From Nemertoderma westbladi (lineage: Eukaryota; Animalia; Xenacoelomorpha), in NCBI GenBank assembly GCA_032718475.1, contig JAUCBJ010005774.1, forward strand, positions 19,472 through 83,471: DNA of 64,000 nt, in the 5' to 3' direction. Under the pieces are notes generated by a model. That model was given only the letters and a program-made list of their open reading frames with translations. It was not told where the DNA came from and searched no databases. The translations under genes were made by a program, and so were the position numbers. This document shows positions 56,508 to 64,000 of this stretch, one piece after another. How positions within the stretch are numbered: position 1 is the stretch's first letter; each line of letters starts with the position of its first letter.

Positions 56508-57761
56508 GTGGAATGTTGTGATGGCTTGGAAGATTGTAAATCACATCACGACAACGAAGGTGAAAGTTCTGAAGAAGGCGAAAGTTCAGAAGAAGGCGAA
56601 AGTTCAGAAGAAGGCGAAAGTTCAGAAGAAGGCGAAAGTTCAGAAGAAGACGAAAATTCTGAAGAAGGTTTAAGTTCTGAAAAATATGAAAGCTCGGCAG
56701 AAGGTGAAACCATGGAAGCAGAAGGGGAAGGAATGAAAGATTCAAACATACAGGATCTGATGGCTCTTTCACGACTATTCGGTGTCGGCAAACGATTTTT
56801 CGGAAGTGGCAAACTTTTCTCTAAATTGCCTTCCCTAGGAGGATCAGAAGAGGAGTCTGGTGGAAACAAAATAATGGGAATATTGAACATGGCAAATGAT
56901 GATGGCTTTGACGTCAATAACATCCTCAAATCAGTTGCAGGGAGTAATTCCAAGGCGAGTGATGTTCTCAGCAAGCTTGATGAGAGTGGCATAGACATCA
57001 ATAATGTAATTGCAGAAGCAAAGAATGGTGATCTAAACGCCGAATCTATTATTGGTAAAGTTTCTGAAGGAATCAATATAAATGATGTGCTAAACCAAGT
57101 TGGACAAGATAATGCTGGCGGTTTCATGGAAAAATTGGGCGGATACAATTTTAAACGGGAAGAAAGTTCAGGAAGTCAGCTCCTTCGAAAACGACTATAT
57201 TGGGGCATAATAAAAAATGCATTGAATGTAAAACAAGCTTTGAAGGATGCAAAAAATGCAAACAATATTGTCGATGCCATCAACGTAGCAAAAGAGGAAG
57301 GTCTTGATGTTGATGATGTCATGAACAAAATCGCAGATGAGAACACCAAGGCCAAAGATATTATTAAAAAGGTTGGAAAAGCGAAAGAAATTATGAAAAA
57401 TCTTCGGAGTGATTTGGATAGAACGCAGAGAGGAATGGAAGATTTAATGAATACACTTGGAGATGGAAATACAGAGGGAGGCGAATTCCAGAATATTCTG
57501 AATACATTAAAATCATCAGATCAAGGTGGCGACTTATTAGAATCCTTGAACAATATACAGGAATCCTATGCCAATGGTGATACAGACACGGCTTTGGAAG
57601 AGTTGAAAACTCTACAGGGAGCCTACGCCAACGGTGATAGTGAGAACACGTTGCAGCAGATGTGGAATATGGTATCTGGGAATGGAGCCATCCGCTGTAA
57701 CATGAACTCAAAGGTAGCGCTCAATGGAATTCTCGTTATACTACTAATAATATTTGTGTAA
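56508..57761 (+). CDS. Secreted Cys-rich protein B, exon 2 (CC-x5-C, acidic EGESSE repeats, long helical region, hydrophobic GPI-like tail)
   Basis: ttttag|GTG phase-0 acceptor; 417-codon open frame; 18-nt coding repeat at about 56556-56670; aataaa overlaps the stop. Confidence 0.78.
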   Translation: MECCDGLEDCKSHHDNEGESSEEGESSEEGESSEEGESSEEGESSEEDENSEEGLSSEKYESSAEGETMEAEGEGMKDSNIQDLMALSRLFGVGKRFFGSGKLFSKLPSLGGSEEESGGNKIMGILNMANDDGFDVNNILKSVAGSNSKASDVLSKLDESGIDINNVIAEAKNGDLNAESIIGKVSEGININDVLNQVGQDNAGGFMEKLGGYNFKREESSGSQLLRKRLYWGIIKNALNVKQALKDAKNANNIVDAINVAKEEGLDVDDVMNKIADENTKAKDIIKKVGKAKEIMKNLRSDLDRTQRGMEDLMNTLGDGNTEGGEFQNILNTLKSSDQGGDLLESLNNIQESYANGDTDTALEELKTLQGAYANGDSENTLQQMWNMVSGNGAIRCNMNSKVALNGILVILLIIFV

Positions 57762-58210
57762 ATAAATGTAGGTTGTTATAGGCGTGTTTGTTGAATGTTA
57801 ACCAATTAATTTCACGTAGAAAAGGTAAAACGTTAGTCAGCTTTGTTAGTTATTTGTTTTAGTTAATTAGATCTACCTGTGTGTAAGGAACAAAACGAAA
57901 AATCCATGTAGTAGACCAGTACTACCGTTCAGTACTACAAATTCCACATAAATTAAGATATATTTTATTCGAATATCTATATATATTCACCTACTTTTCT
58001 GTTATACATTTACGATATGTTTTTACCATCTCAGGTTTTACCATAAATATGATTTTCTACTAAAACATTGAATGTGAAAATGGTAGATTTTCAGTAATTT
58101 ATATGTATCTATTATATTGATAAAGAAATATAAAGTTCATGATGTGAGAACAAAGTCAGATGCAATTAATAATAATTCTACAAGCTATATTCTATAAGCT
58201 ATAATACTAG

Positions 58211-58483
58211 GTGAAGTGCCTCGAAAAAATACCAAATGGATATGGTGATGAAAAAACTAAAGGGAACGGAAAAGAAGTGTTAACCGTTGGGAAGAGAAGA
58301 AAGAAAGGAAGCATGGCTGGAAAGGTGAAATCATATAGGAAACATAAACACCATAGCAACGATAATGATTATAGTAATTCCTCAGTCGCAACCAATGTCC
58401 ACGGTTCTCAAAAGTCATGGTCTATGCCGATAGCTATAATGCTAGCACATCCAATACTGCAAACATTTCCCATTATAAATTAG
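58211..58483 (+). CDS. Possible alternative or orphan terminal exon of the Cys-rich family (basic stalk)
   Basis: ctag|GTG AAG TGC phase-0 start (VKC; compare VQC and VEC); K/R-rich body; Ser-rich then moderately hydrophobic end; acceptor pyrimidine tract is weak. Confidence 0.4.
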   Translation: MKCLEKIPNGYGDEKTKGNGKEVLTVGKRRKKGSMAGKVKSYRKHKHHSNDNDYSNSSVATNVHGSQKSWSMPIAIMLAHPILQTFPIIN

Positions 58484-58989
58484 AAGACTTTATTCAAACT
58501 GTTAAATACAATTTTTAAATATATTTTTTAGCATATTTGTTCTATTGCACACATATTACAGCTATTTAGTTCTAACGTTAGTAATGTGATAGCAAAGGCC
58601 ATATTGCGATGGCAGTCATGTGGCACCCTAGGGGCCTTATACCAAGTCACTCATGGTGATATTATTATTATGTTAAAATTAAAATTTTAAACTCAGTATA
58701 CCAATTGACTACTTGACAATGGCCTTGGTGGTAGCTAGCATTTGTTATACATCATCTATATACATAAGATATAAAATAAAATAAGACGCCCCACAATGTG
58801 CGTCTATATAACCCAACTTTTAGCCATTAAGCCCTGGAGTAGATGGCGTGCCCCCTGAGGTCCCCTGAGTCTCCTGAGGTTCCTGAGTGCTTGAGCTCAT
58901 TCACCGCATTATCGTGGACATGTATACGACAAAGAGAGACCCCCAAGAACTGAAAACAAGTAAGTTGGGATTCAACAACCCGTGGATCT

Positions 58990-59410
58990 TTTCGTGGAAT
59001 CTCGTTAATCTCGATTGCGGCAAAACTATACAACATAATTCTATTAAAACGCATCTGGAATCCTGCTGAGAGACTGTAAAGATCGTGGAACCATGGAGCC
59101 TATTCTGGCACATAGAAGGATAATCTAAGAGTTATCAATGAAGAAAGACAGACATCTGACTGTTATCTTTGTTGACTTCTTTAAAGCCTTCGACTAAGTC
59201 TCCCGACAACGTATGTTCAGCATACCGGCAGCATATGGGATTCCTGAGGAAATTATTGCAGCTATCAGATCACTGCGCGATGGTTCCACCACATTTGTGT
59301 CTACTGGTGATGGTGACACAACCATACGAAGTCTTATGGGGGGGTCCTTCAGGGTGATGCACCATTGTACTGGTGCATTGGTGACTTGCACCATTCATAT
59401 TCGTAATTGT
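58990..59410 (+). pseudogene. Degraded RTE-like reverse transcriptase fragment
   Basis: Broken frames give HILAHRRII*, IFVDF-KAFD*VSR, AYGIPEEIIAAIRSL and GVLQGD, with stops and frameshifts. Confidence 0.7.
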
Positions 59411-62400
59411 CCGACTGTAAACTACCTTATAGGCAATACGAACGCCCCATTGTCCGACTGTAACCTACCTTATAGACAATACGAATGCCCCATTGTCCGA
59501 CTGCAACCTACCTTATAGACAATACGAACGCCCCATTGTCCGACTGTAACCTACCTTATAGCCAATACGAACGCCCCATTGTCCGACTGTAACCTACCTT
59601 ATAGACAATACGAACGCCTCATTGTCCGACTGTAACCTACCTTATAGGCAATACGAATGCCCCATTGTCCGACTGTAACCTACCTTATAGACAATACGAA
59701 TGCCCCATTGTCCGACTGTAACCTACCTTATAGACAATACGAACGCCTCATTGTCCGACTGTAACCTACCTTATAGACAATACGAACGCCCCATTGTCCG
59801 ACTGTAACCTACCTTATAGACAATACGAACGCCCCATTGTCCGACTGTAACCTACCTTATAGACAATACGAATGCCCCATTGTCCGACTGTAACCTACCT
59901 TATAGACAATACGAACGCCCCATTGTCCGACTGTAACCTACCTTATAGACAATACGAACGCACCATTGTCCGACTGTAACCTACCTTATAGACAATACGA
60001 ACGCCCCATTGTCCGACTGTAACCTACCTTATAGACAATACGAACGCCCCATTGTCCGACTGTAACCTACCTTATAGACAATACGAATGCCCCATTGTCC
60101 GACTGTAACCTACCTTATAGACAATACGAACGCCCCATTGTCCGACTACAACCTACCTTATAGACAATACGAACGCCTCATTGTCCGACTGTAACCTACC
60201 TTATAGACAATACGAACGCCCCATTGTCCGACTACAACCTACCTTATAGACAATACGAACGCCTCATTGTCCGACTGTACCCTACCTTATAGACAATACG
60301 AACGCCCCATTGTCCGACTGTAATCTACCTTATAGACAATACGAACGCCCCATTGTCCGACTGTAACCTACCTTATAGACAATACGAACGCCCCATTGTC
60401 CGACTGTAACCTACCTTATAGACAATACGAATGCCCCATTGTCCGACTGTAACCTACCTTATAGACAATACGAACGCCCCATTGTCCGACTGTAACCTAC
60501 CTTATAGACAATACGAATGCCCCATTGTCCGACTGTAACCTATCTTATAGACAATACGAACGCCCCATTGTCCGACTGTAACCTACCTTATAGACAATAC
60601 GAACGCCTCATTGTCCGACTGTAACCTACCTTATAGACAATACGAACGCCCCATTGTCCGACTACAACCTACCTTATAGACAATACGAACGCCTCATTGT
60701 CCGACTGTAACCTACCTTATAGACAATACGAACGCCCCATTGTCCGACTGTAACCTACCTTATAGACAATACGAACGCCCCATTGTCCGACTGTAACCTA
60801 CCTTATAGACAATACGAACGCCCCATTGTCCGACTGTAACCTACCTTATAGACAATACGAACGCCCCATTGTCCGACTGTAACCTACCTTATAGACAATA
60901 CGAACGCCCCATTGTCCGACTGTAACCTACCTTATAGACAATACGAACGCCCCATTGTCCGACTGTAACCTACCTTATAGACAATACGAACGCCCCATTG
61001 TCCGACTGTAACCTACCTTATAGACAATACGAACGCCCCATTGTCCGACTGTAACCTACCTTATAGACAATACGAACGCCCCATTGTCCGACTGTAACCT
61101 ACCTTATAGACAATACGAACGCCCCATTGTCCGACTGTAACCTACCTTATAGACAATACGAACGCCCCATTGTCCGACTGTAACCTACCTTATAGACAAT
61201 ACGAACGCCCCATTGTCCGACTGTAACCTACCTTATAGACAATACGAACGCCCCATTGTCCGACTACAACCTTCCTTATAGACAATACGAATGCCCCATT
61301 GTCCGACTGTAACCTACCTTATAGACAATACGAACGCCCCATTGTCCGACTACAACCTACCTTATAGACAATACGAACGCCTCATTGTCCGACTGTAACC
61401 TACCTTATAGACAATACGAACGCCCCATTGTCCGACTACAACCTACCTTATAGACAATACGAACGCCTCATTGTCCGACTGTAACCTACCTTATAGACAA
61501 TACGAACGCCCCATTGTCCGACTACAACCTACCTTATAGACAATACGAACGCCCCATTGTCCGACTGTAACCTACCTTATAGACAATACGAACGCCCCAT
61601 TGTCCGACTGTAACCTACCTTATAGACAATACGAACGCCCCATTGTCCGACTACAACCTACCTTATAGGCAATACGAACGCCCCATTGTCCGACTGTAAC
61701 CTATCTTATAGACAATACGAACGCCCCATTGTCCGACTGTAACCTACCTTATAGACAATACGAACGCCCCATTGTCCGACTACAACCTACCTTATAGACA
61801 ATACGAACGCCTCATTGTCCGACTGTAACCTACCTTATAGACAATACGAACGCCTCATTGTCCGACTGTAACCTACCTTATAGACAATACGAACGCCCCA
61901 TTGTCCGACTACAACCTACCTTATAGACAATACGAACGCCCCATTGTCCGACTACAACCTACCTTATAGACAATACGAACGCCTCATTGTCCGACTGTAA
62001 CCTACCTTATAGACAATACGAACGCCCCATTGTCCGACTACAACCTACCTTATAGACAATACGAACGCCCCATTGTCCGACTACAACCTACCTTATAGAC
62101 AATACGAACGCCCCATTGTCCGACTACAACCTACCTTATAGACAATACGAACGCCTCATTGTCCGACTGTAACCTACCTTATAGACAATACGAACGCCCC
62201 ATTGTCCGACTACAACCTACCTTATAGACAATACGAACGCCTCATTGTCCGACTGTAACCTACCTTATAGACAATACGAACGCCCCATTGTCCGACTACA
62301 ACCTACCTTATAGACAATACGAACGCCCCATTGTCCGACTACAACCTACCTTATAGACAATACGAACGCCCCATTGTCCGACTACAACCTACCTTATAGA

Positions 62401-64000
62401 CAATACGAACGCCTCATTGTCCGACTGTAACCTACCTTATAGACAATACGAACGCCTCATTGTCCGACTGTAACCTACCTTATAGACAATACGAACGCCC
62501 CATTGTCCGACTACAACCTACCTTATAGACAATACGAACGCCCCATTGTCCGACTACAACCTACCTTATAGACAATACGAACGCCTCATTGTCCGACTGT
62601 AACCTACCTTATAGACAATACGAACGCCCCATTGTCCGACTGTAACCTACCTTATAGACAATACGAACGCCTCATTGTCCGACTGTAACCTACCTTATAG
62701 ACAATACGAACGCCCCATTGTCCGACTACAACCTACCTTATAGACAATACGAACGCCCCATTGTCCGACTACAACCTACCTTATAGACAATACGAACGCC
62801 TCATTGTCCGACTGTAACCTACCTTATAGACAATACGAACGCCCCATTGTCCGACTACAACCTACCTTATAGACAATACGAACGCCCCATTGTCCGACTA
62901 CAACCTACCTTATAGACAATACGAACGCCCCATTGTCCGACTACAACCTACCTTATAGACAATACGAACGCCCCATTGTCCGACTACAACCTACCTTATA
63001 GACAATACGAACGCCCCATTGTCCGACTACAACCTACCTTATAGACAATACGAACGCCTCATTGTCCGACTGTAACCTACCTTATAGACAATACGAACGC
63101 CCCATTGTCCGACTACAACCTACCTTATAGACAATACGAACGCCCCATTGTCCGACTACAACCTACCTTATAGACAATACGAACGCCCCATTGTCCGACT
63201 GTAACCTACCTTATAGACAATACGAATGCCCCATTGTCCGACTGTAACCTACCTTATAGACAATACGAACGCCTCATTGTCCGACTGTAACCTACCTTAT
63301 AGACAATACGAACGCCCCATTGTCCGACTACAACCTACCTTATAGACAATACGAACGCCCCATTGTCCGACTGTAACCTACCTTATAGACAATACGAATG
63401 CCCCATTGTCCGACTGTAACCTACCTTATAGACAATACGAACGCCCCATTGTCCGACTACAACCTACCTTATAGACAATACGAACGCCTCATTGTCCGAC
63501 TACAACCTACCTTATAGACAATACGAACGCCCCATTGTCCGACTGTAACCTACCTTATAGACAATACGAATGCCCCATTGTCCGACTGTAACCTACCTTA
63601 TAGACAATACGAACGCCTCATTGTCCGACTGTAACCTACCTTATAGACAATACGAACGCCCCATTGTCCGACTGTAACCTACCTTATAGACAATACGAAC
63701 GCCTCATTGTCCGTCTGTAACCTACCTTATAGACAATACGAACGCCCCATTGTCCGACTACAACCTACCTTATAGCCAATACGAACGCCCCATTGTCCGA
63801 CTGTAAACTACCTTATAGACAATACGAACGCCCCATTGTCCGACTGTAACCTACCTTATAGCCAATACGAATGCCCCATTGTCCGACTGTAACCTACCTT
63901 ATAGCCAATACGAATGCCCCATTGTCCGACTGTAACCTACCTTATAGCCAATACGAATGCCCCATTGTCCGACTGTAACCTACCTTATAGCCAATACGAA
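59407..64000 (-). repeat. 43-bp tandem array containing an AAG|GTAGGT donor; truncated by window end
   Basis: Unit acgaacgccccattgtccgactgtaacctaccttatagacaat, more than 100 copies. Confidence 0.97.

Noticed and set aside
56497-57711. Minus-strand ORFs overlapping Cys-rich protein B, and plus-strand ORFs over GC-rich cadherin exons
   Set aside because: Antisense shadows of real coding sequence
59395-59430. 59.4-kb array derived from the adjacent RTE reverse transcriptase fragment
   Set aside because: Only a short attgtc(c)gac overlap at the junction; the unit's donor, phase and cadherin-motif match favour an exon origin, though this is not fully excluded
27964-64000. Arrays as CRISPR arrays
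   Set aside because: Head-to-tail repeats without unique spacers, no cas genes, spliceosomal eukaryotic context

Overview
Eukaryotic (invertebrate animal-type) genomic DNA with AT-rich introns. The backbone is part of a giant minus-strand Fat-like atypical cadherin gene (FAT1/2/3, Drosophila kugelei type). I could assemble 22 exons (51838 down to 3628) with GT-AG ends and matching phases, running from the distal cadherin repeats through EGF, laminin-G and EGF; both gene ends lie outside the window. Its introns hold plus-strand nested genes: an intronless PLP class-V C-S lyase-like gene, an intronless glutamate carboxypeptidase II, and two paralogous two-exon 10-Cys secreted/GPI-type genes with a possible extra terminal exon. 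They also hold an intact-looking Mutator/FLYWCH transposon with a perfect 9-bp TSD, a non-autonomous CACTG element, a foldback element, RTE-LINE and SINE fragments, and several large tandem arrays. The main observation: three large arrays (27.96-29.05 kb, 30.2-37.8 kb, 41.5-51.6 kb) are tandem amplifications of the last ~35-45 nt of the adjacent cadherin exon plus its 5' splice donor. A fourth (59.4 kb to the window end) has the same design and appears to encode the end of the unseen upstream exon in the required phase. Homology statements rest on recalled family motifs, not database searches.
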